Below are positions 9,110 to 18,985 of a stretch of DNA of 64,000 bases, one piece after another. The position numbers were made by a program, and so were the translations under genes. The stretch comes from a virus. A model generated the notes under the pieces. The model was not told where the DNA came from. It ran no database searches and worked only from the letters and a program-made list of their open reading frames with translations. The stretch covers positions 3,790-67,789 of IMG/VR virus record IMGVR_UViG_3300005265_000433; one strand, 5' to 3'. Position 1 is the stretch's first letter. Each line of letters begins with the position of its first letter.

Positions 9110-9187
9110 AAGCAGATACCTTTCAGTATCCATATTTCATTGTTTCCTCCTTTGTTAAATTTTATAATTAAATAAATACTCATCAAC

Positions 9188-9203
9188 AATTAATATATAT
9201 AGT
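9188..9203 (-). promoter_or_regulatory. Class-A motif ACTATATATATTAATT
   Basis: Identical 16-mer to 1829-1844. Confidence 0.55.
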
Positions 9204-9219
9204 TTTTGTTAAAAAAAAC

Positions 9220-9230
9220 AGAACAAAATA
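9220..9230 (+). promoter_or_regulatory. Class-B motif AGAACAAAATA
   Basis: Exact copy upstream of the baseplate operon. Confidence 0.6.
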
Positions 9231-9279
9231 TAAATGATGAATTATCATCAGAATTTAACTTAAACAAAGGAGAATTAAA

Positions 9280-9507
9280 ATGGCTAGAGATGAAAAAGCA
9301 AAAATGAGTGTAGATGAAGCTAAAGATGCTGCTATTGATTTTTTCAAAAAAGCTACAGACTTTATTGAAGAAGAAGCAGAAAATGGTATGGTTTCAGTTT
9401 CTGGGTTTTTTAAGAAACTGAAAGAATCTTTTAAAAATATTGATTGGAAGAAAGTTCCTGATTGGGATGACGATGATGATATTGATATTGATTCTATAGG
9501 AACTTGA
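9280..9507 (+). CDS. Hypothetical protein with acidic tail
   Basis: 75 aa, strong AAGGAG SD. Confidence 0.7.
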   Translation: MARDEKAKMSVDEAKDAAIDFFKKATDFIEEEAENGMVSVSGFFKKLKESFKNIDWKKVPDWDDDDDIDIDSIGT

Positions 9508-9510
9508 TTT

Positions 9511-9873
9511 ATGTCAAAAAAACTTGGTTATTATCTAAAAGAGATTCAAGGGATCTCTGATATGCAAAAGTTCTTAGCTAAATATAAAAGACATATTGTT
9601 ATCAGAGATCCTATTCAACAACAATTAGGAATGACAATATTCAATAAGATGTCTAATATTGATGATTTTGCATTTATATTTGAATTTGATACGTGAGCAC
9701 CTGTTATTCTTCATACTGTAGGTATGAAATTTCCAATTGATATTTATTTTTTCAATACTCATGGCGGTTTAGTGTCTAAGAATTTAAATTGTCAACCTGG
9801 TCTTGATGAAATAGAATCTACGTCAACCGCTATGTTTGCAGTGGAGGTCAGAACTAAAAATGCCAATAAATAG
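9511..9873 (+). pseudogene. DUF192-like protein interrupted by an in-frame TGA at 9694-9696
   Basis: Frame continues ...FIFEFDT*APVILHTVGMKFPIDIYFFN...QPG...AMFAVEV to TAG at 9871-9873. Confidence 0.6.
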
Positions 9874-10507
9874 TGCCAATCTAATTCCAGAACTTCAAAA
9901 TTGGCCTAACTATTTTGTTGTTGACAGTATTGTTAATAGATATGAAGTGCCATTTCCAACACAATTAAAAACTTCATCACAAACTCATCATGATAATTCT
10001 TTTATAAGATTATTGTTTGATGATAATTGGGATAGAACCGAATATAAATATCACTATATTGAATTAACAGATTTTCGTGAATGGCCTGCAACTGCAAGAG
10101 ATAGATTAATGATATATCAAGGTTCAAAATATTATCGTCTTTCTGAGGATACTACTTCATCAATAAATATTTTCTTTTTAGATGAAGATTTAGATTTACC
10201 AATGTTGGATACTTTAATGGCATGGAGAAATGATTCAACATCTGTACAAATAATAGATTCAACATCAATTATTAATCCAGAATTAGTTTATGATGTATCT
10301 GGTCTTACATCAATAATAAATTATAATACATTAACATCATTAGGTAAGCTAATTTATTGTTTACTTGATTTGGAAATATATAATAATACTGAACATTTAG
10401 AAGAAAGAAATTTAATAGCAACAAATGTGTTAGAATACTTTTTTGAATTATACATTAATGATATATTATTTAAATTTCTAACTGCTGATGGGTGGGTCCA
10501 TGACTAA
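9860..10507 (+). CDS. Hypothetical (probable virion) protein
   Basis: Start moved to ATG 9860 (MPINS) after GGAGG SD. Confidence 0.65.
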   Translation: MPINSANLIPELQNWPNYFVVDSIVNRYEVPFPTQLKTSSQTHHDNSFIRLLFDDNWDRTEYKYHYIELTDFREWPATARDRLMIYQGSKYYRLSEDTTSSINIFFLDEDLDLPMLDTLMAWRNDSTSVQIIDSTSIINPELVYDVSGLTSIINYNTLTSLGKLIYCLLDLEIYNNTEHLEERNLIATNVLEYFFELYINDILFKFLTADGWVHD

Positions 10508-10727
10508 TAAAAAATTGTGGTTAGTTGGTAAATTTAAAGAAATTACAAAAAGTAAAAATACATGTTGGAGTTTTGAAGGTATCTATTCTAAAGAAAAAGA
10601 TGCTATAAAGAGAGCAATTACAGAAAAACATTTTGTTGCGCCGGTTTTCATCAACAAAGAAATACCAGACAAAGATGTTGATTGGCGTGGACTGTATTAT
10701 CCTTCTTATAATAAAGAAAAGGTTTAA
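10500..10727 (+). CDS. Hypothetical protein
   Basis: Small ORF (MTNKK start) overlapping the previous stop. Confidence 0.55.
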   Translation: MTNKKLWLVGKFKEITKSKNTCWSFEGIYSKEKDAIKRAITEKHFVAPVFINKEIPDKDVDWRGLYYPSYNKEKV

Positions 10728-10733
10728 TAAAAT

Positions 10734-12713
10734 ATGTGGGTTTTGGATTATTATTTTAGTCTTTGGAATCATTTAAAAGGTGAGAATGTTGCGGATTTAT
10801 ATGAGCCTTTAAAAGTATTATCTGAATCAGAAAAAACTAAAGTAGTTCAATTATTTGAAAATACTATAGATCAAGTTTCTTTTAATACAGCTGATTATCA
10901 AAGATTAAGAAATTTTTTAGTTGATTGGTATTCCTCTTTTCGTACAATAACTACAAATGAATCGAATGTTTCAGATCCATTTTCATTACCAAATGATGAT
11001 TTAGATGAACTATTTAAAAGTTTTGGCTATCCATATTCTAATCAATTATCCCTTTTAAATAATAAAATTAATGTCAATAAAGTTAATTTCTTTTTAGATC
11101 TGGTTAATTTATACAAAATAAAAGGTACTCCTGAATCTATATTAAAAGTATTTTCATATTATGGAATAGAAAGATCTCAGATACTTGAATATTTTCTTGA
11201 AAGAGATCCTGACAACCCACTTGATAATTTAATTTTTGCGGGAGATGTGGTTGCCTATTCTGGTCGAGAAATTATTTTACCTCAATCAATAAAACAATAT
11301 GACCCAGTTACTATTGGGGATCCACATTGGTTTTATAAAAAAGATAAAATTCTAGAAGCAATAGAAAATACTAGAATACAGTTACCCTCTAAATCCCCCT
11401 ATTTCTCTTTACGAATTTTTTATGATTTGAGTAAGACACAAGCAACAGCAGCTTTACTTTCAAGAAAAATAACAGATGATTATAATGATTGGCTAAGTAG
11501 TGGAATAAAACCACCCGAGACAGCATTTATAACATATTTTGGTATTAGCTGTTCATTTCTTGAATTATATTTAGTTAATATTTACATTTTTAATACACGA
11601 AATAGACCTAGACCAATAGTTCCAGAAAGATATAGTTATTATACACAAGATCCACCTGATGATTATGATAATATTATAAAAGATTATATGAAATTACATA
11701 ATGATGGAGTGTATACTTATCATAATCCAATAACAGGTGAGGATGAAGAAAAACCATTAACAAGAGAAAAAAGAGAAGAAGAAATACAAAAATGGTATAA
11801 TAATTTTAGTCGAGAATTTAATTTAAGTTTTTTAAAAGATCCAGTTGAAGTTGCGGATGTATTAAATGCTATTAATCCATCTTTAAAAGCTAAAATTGAT
11901 GAAATAATAGATGTTTATCCATTTGTTGATTTGTTTGGTCCTTTTATTGCAGATTTACAAAATTGGATTGATTCATATATAGGTGGTTCTCTTTCTAACT
12001 TATCATATTTAATTTTAGGTGAAGCAGAAATAAAAAGAGGGCTTGGACATATAATTAATTTCTTTAAACCATATCATGCTAGAATGATTTCTGTAGATAT
12101 GGTTATGATTTCAGAAGATAGATTAAACGATTCTTTATTACTAGGAGATCATTTAGCTGAAAAAATAGTTGAATATACTTGGGATTATGCAACTTGTGAT
12201 GGAGCACCATGTTGTCCAGAAAGCAATGAAGATAATGATTGTGAGAATATTGAAGGTTCTGGGGATTATAATGATAATGTTCTTGTTGATTCTGAACTAA
12301 GAGGTAAGAGACATTACGCTAGAGGTAGATATGACTGTGGTTCATTTTATGATGTGGGTGTTGCTTGTGATACAAAACCAGGTGCATACACATTAACCAT
12401 TAATGATACATATATTGATAGATTAACATGCAGAAATACACTTTTTACTGAAGAACCCTATGAAGAAATATCTTTTGTTGAAGATCCGGTTACACATGAA
12501 TGGGTTACTGTTAGAACAAGTATTCCAGCAATTCAAAACTATTTAACTACTGAGTTTGTTGAAACCTTACAGTATAATTTTGCTCCTCAAGAAAGACAAG
12601 ATGTAAGTTTTTATACAGTATCTTCAGGAGGGTTTGTTAATTTTGATGATGGTGGTTGTTTTGATTCTCATTATGGGAACGATGTATGTGAAATACTTAT
12701 TCTAGATCATTAA
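10734..12713 (+). CDS. Baseplate wedge protein (T4 gp7 / P2 gpI-like)
   Basis: LVNLYKIKGTPESI and FFKPYHAR motifs; structural-gene context. Confidence 0.65.
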   Translation: MWVLDYYFSLWNHLKGENVADLYEPLKVLSESEKTKVVQLFENTIDQVSFNTADYQRLRNFLVDWYSSFRTITTNESNVSDPFSLPNDDLDELFKSFGYPYSNQLSLLNNKINVNKVNFFLDLVNLYKIKGTPESILKVFSYYGIERSQILEYFLERDPDNPLDNLIFAGDVVAYSGREIILPQSIKQYDPVTIGDPHWFYKKDKILEAIENTRIQLPSKSPYFSLRIFYDLSKTQATAALLSRKITDDYNDWLSSGIKPPETAFITYFGISCSFLELYLVNIYIFNTRNRPRPIVPERYSYYTQDPPDDYDNIIKDYMKLHNDGVYTYHNPITGEDEEKPLTREKREEEIQKWYNNFSREFNLSFLKDPVEVADVLNAINPSLKAKIDEIIDVYPFVDLFGPFIADLQNWIDSYIGGSLSNLSYLILGEAEIKRGLGHIINFFKPYHARMISVDMVMISEDRLNDSLLLGDHLAEKIVEYTWDYATCDGAPCCPESNEDNDCENIEGSGDYNDNVLVDSELRGKRHYARGRYDCGSFYDVGVACDTKPGAYTLTINDTYIDRLTCRNTLFTEEPYEEISFVEDPVTHEWVTVRTSIPAIQNYLTTEFVETLQYNFAPQERQDVSFYTVSSGGFVNFDDGGCFDSHYGNDVCEILILDH

Positions 12714-12721
12714 AATTTTTA

Positions 12722-12732
12722 AGAACAAAATA
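12722..12732 (+). promoter_or_regulatory. Class-B motif AGAACAAAATA
   Basis: Exact intergenic copy. Confidence 0.6.
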
Positions 12733-12763
12733 TAAACGTTAATCAAGTTAGGAGCCAAAAACT

Positions 12764-13420
12764 ATGAGTGAACAAGTTATTATTAAAGCTCGTGATGAAT
12801 ATGGAGCAAAATGTTTAAGCGATTCTTTCGGTAAACGAAAAAATACTAACAATGGACCACGTGGATATGTTGAAATATATGAAAGAGATGAACATGGAAA
12901 TGAAAACTTTTTAGGAAAACAAAATTTAGTTGTCTATGGAGCTAGAGAATTAATAGCTCAAAAAATTGTTAAACTTGTTAACCCTCAAGTTATTCCTGAT
13001 ATTGATGAGTATATTTGTTGGTTTGGTGTTGGTTCTGGTGGTGCAAATCCAGGTGATCCATTTAACCCAAACCCACCTTTAAATACAGATACAGATTTAT
13101 ATAATTCTATTCCTATCAGCGCCACAGATTCAACATGTGCTGATTTTAATAGTGGTTTTTTTTATAAAGCTCCAATTGATTTAATTGAATTTGAACAAGA
13201 TCCTCTCAATGATAGTTCTTGGTTGATTATAAAAACAATCACTACTCTAGGCCTAGATAGAAGTGTTGGTGAAGAAGTTAATGAAGCTGGTCTTTTTACT
13301 GCTTTAGATAATTCAGCAGGATATGGTGGACCGTTTCACTTATTTGCTAGAATAACTTTTCCAACACTGATTAAAACAATAACTAGAGAATTAATCTTTG
13401 TTTGGTTTATTTATACTTAA
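12764..13420 (+). CDS. Baseplate/tail-fibre attachment protein (tail collar-like)
   Basis: NLVV.GAR, GVGSG, EAGLF, LFARITFP motifs. Confidence 0.6.
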   Translation: MSEQVIIKARDEYGAKCLSDSFGKRKNTNNGPRGYVEIYERDEHGNENFLGKQNLVVYGARELIAQKIVKLVNPQVIPDIDEYICWFGVGSGGANPGDPFNPNPPLNTDTDLYNSIPISATDSTCADFNSGFFYKAPIDLIEFEQDPLNDSSWLIIKTITTLGLDRSVGEEVNEAGLFTALDNSAGYGGPFHLFARITFPTLIKTITRELIFVWFIYT

Positions 13421-13506
13421 AATAAAATAGAAAAAGTAAGGTTATAAATAAAAATTTAAAATAAAATAATAAATTGTATAGAAAAATTTTCAGGAGGACT
13501 TAAATT

Positions 13507-15459
13507 ATGGCTAATATATCACCAGGTGTATACACTAAAATTATTGACCTTAGTACATATGTGCAGGCAGTTCCATCAACTGTTGCCTTTATTTGTGCAT
13601 TGACTGAGAAAGGTAGAGACAACAAAGTATATTTTGTTGGCTCTAGATCAGAATTAATCAATGAATGGGGAGAACCTAATATTGGTTCTTATGGTAAACA
13701 TTATAGTCAGGGTCTTTATGCTGCCTACAACTTTTTAGGTGAATCTGGCTCTTTATTTTTTATGAGATGTATGCCAGATGATGCATCTTATTCAAATATA
13801 AGATTAAATGCAAAGTTAACTCCATCTGATGCAACTTGTGCAATTAATGTTTCATATATTGCTGATGTTAATTCTGATGACGAAATTCATACTAATTTAG
13901 AACAGGATGGAGATTTATCTCCAATTGGTATACTTTATCCGATTGGGAGAGGAGAATATTATAATAATTTATCCGTTAGATTTATTGAGCAAGCAAATCC
14001 AATGCTACAAGATGTTTATATAATGGATATATATGAAAGACAAGCTGATGGTGATGATGTTATTATTGAATCATTTGAAGTATCTTTTAATAATAAAGCA
14101 AAAGATGGTTCTGGCGATTCTTTATTTATTACTGATGTTTTAAATACTTATTCATCAATGTTAAGATGTGAAACAACTTTAGCTAATGGTGATGAATCTC
14201 CAGGTTATGACCTAGTTGGTAAAGTTTATGATAATGAAGTTGGAGATACAACTGTTATTATTACACCAACCTTAGCATCTATTGGAGATATCAAACAGGA
14301 TTTCAGTGATTGGTCTAGTGCTGAAACTGGAATGGCTGAATTTTGTATAATTGCTGTTGATGCCAAAGGAAATAAATTAAAGGGCTGGTTAGGAGAATCT
14401 GGTGGAATTGATGATGAAATAGTTAATATCTTTGACGGTAGAGACCTTTCCATTGCTTCACAATCATGGATTGGCGATACCTCAATATTCAGTTGGGAAA
14501 ATCCAGTTTCCTATTATATTAAACGATCTTTAGCTTCTATTGCTGATGGTTTTGATAGTATACCAGTTATTCCATTAAGAAAAGGTTCAGATGGTTCATT
14601 AAAAACATCAACAGGTGCAGTTGACCAAAGTGTTGCTGAAGAAATGCTTGCTAATGGTTATGCTGGCACAATTGATGAAGATGTAACTGATCGTGAAAAA
14701 ATTTATTTTACAATGGTTTATGACTGTGGTTATCCAACAGCCGTCAAAGATCAGATTTCGACTCTAGTCCAAACTAGAAAAGATTGTGTTGCTATTATGG
14801 ATAATGGTGATAATAGCACATTTAATAATGCTATGAGTGTACGTGATAATTTACATGCATATAATAATTATTATTGTGCACTTTATGAATCTTATAATAA
14901 ACTATATGATGTATTTACAGGTAAAGATGTTTGGTTTTCACCAATATATCATATGAGTTATTTACTCCCAAGAAATGACAGTGTAGCCGAAGTTTGGTAT
15001 GCTGCTGCTGGTTTTAACCGTGGAGTTATTGATACAATTAAAGAACTTCGGTTTAATCCACGTCTTGGACAGAGGGATCAACTTTATTTAAAACAGTTAA
15101 ATCCAATTGTTAAATTTAACGTAGGTTATACAGTTTGGGGTCAATTAACTACACAGGCGAAACCAAGTGCTATGCAGGATTTAAATATTGTTAGACTTGT
15201 TCTTTATTGTAAGAAAGCATTGGAAGATTATGCAAGATTTTTCATATTCGAAATGAATGATGCTATTACATGGGATTCTGTTAAAAAAGATGTTGTGCAA
15301 TTTCTTGATGATATTCAATCTCGGCGCGGACTCTACGGATTTAATGTGGATGTGGGAGCAACTGAGTATGAGAAAAAAACAAAAACTTTTCATATAAATG
15401 TAACACTACAACCAACTAGGGTAGTAGAGAAGATAGAACTGAATTTCTTTATTAAATAA
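13507..15459 (+). CDS. Contractile tail sheath protein
   Basis: SPGVY N-terminus; WYAAAG.NRG, LNPI, VWGQ.T, LNIVRL, FEMND C-terminal sheath motifs. Confidence 0.95.
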   Translation: MANISPGVYTKIIDLSTYVQAVPSTVAFICALTEKGRDNKVYFVGSRSELINEWGEPNIGSYGKHYSQGLYAAYNFLGESGSLFFMRCMPDDASYSNIRLNAKLTPSDATCAINVSYIADVNSDDEIHTNLEQDGDLSPIGILYPIGRGEYYNNLSVRFIEQANPMLQDVYIMDIYERQADGDDVIIESFEVSFNNKAKDGSGDSLFITDVLNTYSSMLRCETTLANGDESPGYDLVGKVYDNEVGDTTVIITPTLASIGDIKQDFSDWSSAETGMAEFCIIAVDAKGNKLKGWLGESGGIDDEIVNIFDGRDLSIASQSWIGDTSIFSWENPVSYYIKRSLASIADGFDSIPVIPLRKGSDGSLKTSTGAVDQSVAEEMLANGYAGTIDEDVTDREKIYFTMVYDCGYPTAVKDQISTLVQTRKDCVAIMDNGDNSTFNNAMSVRDNLHAYNNYYCALYESYNKLYDVFTGKDVWFSPIYHMSYLLPRNDSVAEVWYAAAGFNRGVIDTIKELRFNPRLGQRDQLYLKQLNPIVKFNVGYTVWGQLTTQAKPSAMQDLNIVRLVLYCKKALEDYARFFIFEMNDAITWDSVKKDVVQFLDDIQSRRGLYGFNVDVGATEYEKKTKTFHINVTLQPTRVVEKIELNFFIK

Positions 15460-15464
15460 AATTA

Positions 15465-15511
15465 TTTACATAGGCCCTTTCTTATTTAATCTATGAAAGG
15501 GCCTATGTAAA
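15465..15511 (+). terminator. 17-bp perfect hairpin after the sheath gene
   Basis: tttacataggccctttc-N13-gaaagggcctatgtaaa. Confidence 0.75.
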
Positions 15512-15530
15512 ATAGTTAAGGAATTATTAA

Positions 15531-17276
15531 ATGCATGAGCAGTTAAAGTGTCAAATATGTGGTAAAGTTATAAACAGTATGGCTGGGTTAGGCAGACATA
15601 TTTTAGTTCATAAAAATGAAATCAACCACCAAGAATATTATAATAAATATTTAAAAACTGATCCACAAGAAGGTATATGCCCTATTACTAATAAACCAAC
15701 TAGATTTAAAAGTTTGAAGGATGGTTATTATAAATATTGTGGAAGGGGTTCAAATTCAGCATCAGATGAAGTTAAAATTAAAAAAAGAAAAACAATATTT
15801 AAAAATTATGGAGTTAAAAGTGCAATAGAAATAAATAAACAAGAGAAAATTGAAAAACATAAAAAAACAAGATTAAAAAAAAGACTTATTAAAAAATTAC
15901 ATGATGATTTAGAATTAATATTAAACATTAAAAATATAGATAAAAATAATAAAAAACAATGTCAAATTTGTGGTAGAATATTTCCAAATACACATAAACT
16001 TGGCTTGCATTTAAAAATTCATAAAGTAAAAACTAAAGACTATTATGATTATTTTTTTAAAACTCCAACTGAAGGGATATGCCCGTATTCAAAAAAAGAG
16101 ACATCTTTTATTAGTTTAGAAGATGGTTATAGAAAATTTAAAGAAAAATATCAAAAAGATAAGAATGTAGTGGCTAAATGTAAAAATACAAATGCACAAC
16201 ATAGTTTAGAAAAATTAAAAGAAAAGAGTGGTTTATATCAAGTAGAAATTATAAACAAAAACCAGTTTTTAAATATACATAGTTCACTAGATTTAAAATG
16301 TCTAAAATGTGGAAATATTTATAAAAATAGATTTTATAATTTACAACTAGGTTATGGTAAATGCCCAATTTGCTATCCAAGAAATACACATATATCAAAA
16401 TGGGAGGTTGAAGTATATGAAGAAATTGAAAAATATTTTGATGAAAAAATAATTGCAAGTTGTTGTGGCATAATAAATTCAGAAAAAACAAATCGTCCAT
16501 TAGAATTAGATATTTATATACCATCTAAAAAAATTGCTATAGAATGTAATGGTTTGTATTGGCATAGTGAATTAATATTGGATGATCCTATTAATTACCA
16601 TCTGAATAAATTAAATTTATGTAAAGAACAAAACATCCAATTAATTCATATATTTGAAGATGAATGGTTAAGTAAAAAAGAAATCTTAAAAAAAATGATT
16701 TTACATAAATTAGGTATCAATAATAATTATAAGATATATGCAAGAAAATGTAATATAAAAGAAATAGATCCTAAAACTAAAAATAAATTCTTGGATAATA
16801 ATCATATTCAAGGAAGAGATGCATCTAAAGTAAAATTGGGTTTATTTTTTGATGATAAATTAATTGCAGTTATGACTTTTTCTGGTAAGAATTTAGCAAA
16901 AGGTACTTATAATATAGATGATACTACATGGGAATTAAGCAGATTTGCTACAGATATTAATTATCAAGTTATTGGAGGTGCTGGAAAATTACTGAAATAT
17001 TTTCAGCGTAATTATGAATGGTCAAAAATATTTACATATGCAGATTTAAGATATTCAAATGGAAATATGTATAACCAATTGGGCTTTAAATTAATTTCAC
17101 AGAGTAGACCTAATTATTGGTATGTTGATGGTCTAAGGAGAATATATAGATTCAATTTAAGAAAAAAACCAGATGAACCAAAAGATATATCTGAACATAT
17201 TCTTAGAAAGAACGAAGGTTATTATAGGATATGGGATTGTGGAAATTTAAAATTTGAAATAAATAGAACAAAATAA
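15531..17276 (+). CDS. Zinc-finger / PD-(D/E)XK-type putative homing endonuclease with C-terminal GNAT-like domain
   Basis: Duplicated C2H2 + ICP modules, ELDIYIP.KKIAIE.NG.YWH, ELSRFA/GGAGKL/YAD.R.S.G. Confidence 0.7.
   Translation: MHEQLKCQICGKVINSMAGLGRHILVHKNEINHQEYYNKYLKTDPQEGICPITNKPTRFKSLKDGYYKYCGRGSNSASDEVKIKKRKTIFKNYGVKSAIEINKQEKIEKHKKTRLKKRLIKKLHDDLELILNIKNIDKNNKKQCQICGRIFPNTHKLGLHLKIHKVKTKDYYDYFFKTPTEGICPYSKKETSFISLEDGYRKFKEKYQKDKNVVAKCKNTNAQHSLEKLKEKSGLYQVEIINKNQFLNIHSSLDLKCLKCGNIYKNRFYNLQLGYGKCPICYPRNTHISKWEVEVYEEIEKYFDEKIIASCCGIINSEKTNRPLELDIYIPSKKIAIECNGLYWHSELILDDPINYHLNKLNLCKEQNIQLIHIFEDEWLSKKEILKKMILHKLGINNNYKIYARKCNIKEIDPKTKNKFLDNNHIQGRDASKVKLGLFFDDKLIAVMTFSGKNLAKGTYNIDDTTWELSRFATDINYQVIGGAGKLLKYFQRNYEWSKIFTYADLRYSNGNMYNQLGFKLISQSRPNYWYVDGLRRIYRFNLRKKPDEPKDISEHILRKNEGYYRIWDCGNLKFEINRTK
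17265..17275 (+). promoter_or_regulatory. Class-B motif AGAACAAAATA overlapping the endonuclease stop codon
   Basis: Exact copy. Confidence 0.55.
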
Positions 17277-17292
17277 AAAGCTTTAATTTACT

Positions 17293-17610
17293 ATGGAGCA
17301 AAAGATAATGAATTCATTTATTAAAGAATATATTAATAATTTATATAATGAAATTGAAAGAATATTAATATTACAACTTGAAAAATTAAATGTTCCAAAT
17401 GATGATGAAATCATAAAAAGGCATTGTTTTAAAATAGAAGGTAATCAAATATCAATACAAAATTCAGAAAATTATACTATAGCTAAATATTTTTTTGAAG
17501 ATATACTTTTGTTAACTTTTTCCAGGAATGATTCAAAACATATTTTCACGTTTCCAGAAATTTATTCTGATAATATAAAAAGTAAAGTTATAAAATACTT
17601 AAATAATTAA
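17293..17610 (+). CDS. Hypothetical protein
   Basis: 105-aa ORF; start uncertain. Confidence 0.55.
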   Translation: MEQKIMNSFIKEYINNLYNEIERILILQLEKLNVPNDDEIIKRHCFKIEGNQISIQNSENYTIAKYFFEDILLLTFSRNDSKHIFTFPEIYSDNIKSKVIKYLNN

Positions 17611-17618
17611 TTTTTTTT

Positions 17619-17629
17619 AGAACAAAATA
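17619..17629 (+). promoter_or_regulatory. Class-B motif AGAACAAAATA
   Basis: Exact intergenic copy. Confidence 0.6.
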
Positions 17630-17709
17630 AAAAGAAGGATAACCTATTAGTTCCTATTGTAAGATTGGAGATTTCATGATTGCTAAATTATTAAATTTAT
17701 TTAAAAAAG

Positions 17710-18237
17710 TTGGTAATTATGGAAAGTAAAAAAAGAAAATTAGAATCATTCTTTGCAATAGATTCTTATGAAACAAGTGAAGAAAACAAACCAATTGATA
17801 CAATAAATATAAAGGATAAAGAAACAGGTGAAGAAAAAAGTTTAATAAAAGATGATCCAATTTATGAAATAGATGATCCCTCTAAAAAAGATAAAAAATC
17901 AATATGTATAGATTTTGATGGAGTTATTCATCAATATGATACATGGAATAATGGAAATTTAAATCCAAATGCAATTCCTGGTTCAAAAAAAGCTATTGAT
18001 CTTTTAAAAAATAAATATAAAATAATAATTTTTACAACAAGAGCATCTAAAACTTATAATCAAGAACCATCTAGTGATGAATTGATTGAAAAAATGACAA
18101 AATGGCTTAAAGATCATGATATATATTTCGATGAAATAACATCTGATAAAAAGGGTGCTGTAGCATATATTGATGATCGAGCTATTAGATTTGAAAACAA
18201 TTGGAAACCAGTATTAGATATGGTTGACAAATTATAA
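17710..18237 (+). CDS. HAD-superfamily hydrolase
   Basis: DFDGV motif I, FTTR, K...YIDDRA motifs. Confidence 0.8.
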   Translation: MVIMESKKRKLESFFAIDSYETSEENKPIDTINIKDKETGEEKSLIKDDPIYEIDDPSKKDKKSICIDFDGVIHQYDTWNNGNLNPNAIPGSKKAIDLLKNKYKIIIFTTRASKTYNQEPSSDELIEKMTKWLKDHDIYFDEITSDKKGAVAYIDDRAIRFENNWKPVLDMVDKL

Positions 18238-18258
18238 TAAATTTCACGGAGGAGTGAT

Positions 18259-18972
18259 ATGAAAAATTCTTTTACAAAAGTTCAAAGTAATAAATTTAGT
18301 AGAAATTTTGGTGGTACTACTAAAGGTGTTGCAGATCCTTATGTTACTGGTTATCATCACATATTTTTTACAACTATTCCATCTGGTGTATCTAATTTTA
18401 TGACAGGGTCTGCAGATGCAATGGATATATCATCAATTAAAAATCTTTTAGCTGGTAGTTGTCTATCTGTAACACCCCCAGGTGGAACTCTAAATCGAGT
18501 TGAGTTTACTGGATTAGGTGGAACAAAATGGGCAGTACCAGGTAATATTGATTATGGTAATACGGTATCAGTTAAATTCTTAGAATTCAATGGTACACCT
18601 ATTGCAGATATTTTTCACGCTTGGATTAAATTAATCAGAGATTATAGAACTGGTGTAACAGATTTAGCGGAACAATCAAATTTATCAGGTTATAGTAAAA
18701 GTACTTATGCCGGGTTAATGTATTATTGGACAACAGCACCAGACGGTAAAACTGTTGAATATTATGCTGCATATGACGGTGTTTTTCCAACTAAAGATCC
18801 ACAGGATTTATTTTCAAGTGATGTTGAAACTGTTGGCCGAATGGATATTGAAATTGAATTTAGTTTAGATTATATTTGGCATGAACCTTGGGTTAGAAAT
18901 AAATGCCAAACATTATCTGATAGTTTAATGTCTCAAAAAACTGATATTCAAAATAGATCTGATATAACTTAA
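18259..18972 (+). CDS. Tail tube protein (T4 gp19-like)
   Basis: Size, position after sheath, W in central helix, Y.GVFP, IEFSLDY pattern. Confidence 0.7.
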   Translation: MKNSFTKVQSNKFSRNFGGTTKGVADPYVTGYHHIFFTTIPSGVSNFMTGSADAMDISSIKNLLAGSCLSVTPPGGTLNRVEFTGLGGTKWAVPGNIDYGNTVSVKFLEFNGTPIADIFHAWIKLIRDYRTGVTDLAEQSNLSGYSKSTYAGLMYYWTTAPDGKTVEYYAAYDGVFPTKDPQDLFSSDVETVGRMDIEIEFSLDYIWHEPWVRNKCQTLSDSLMSQKTDIQNRSDIT

Positions 18973-18985
18973 TAAAATATATAAA

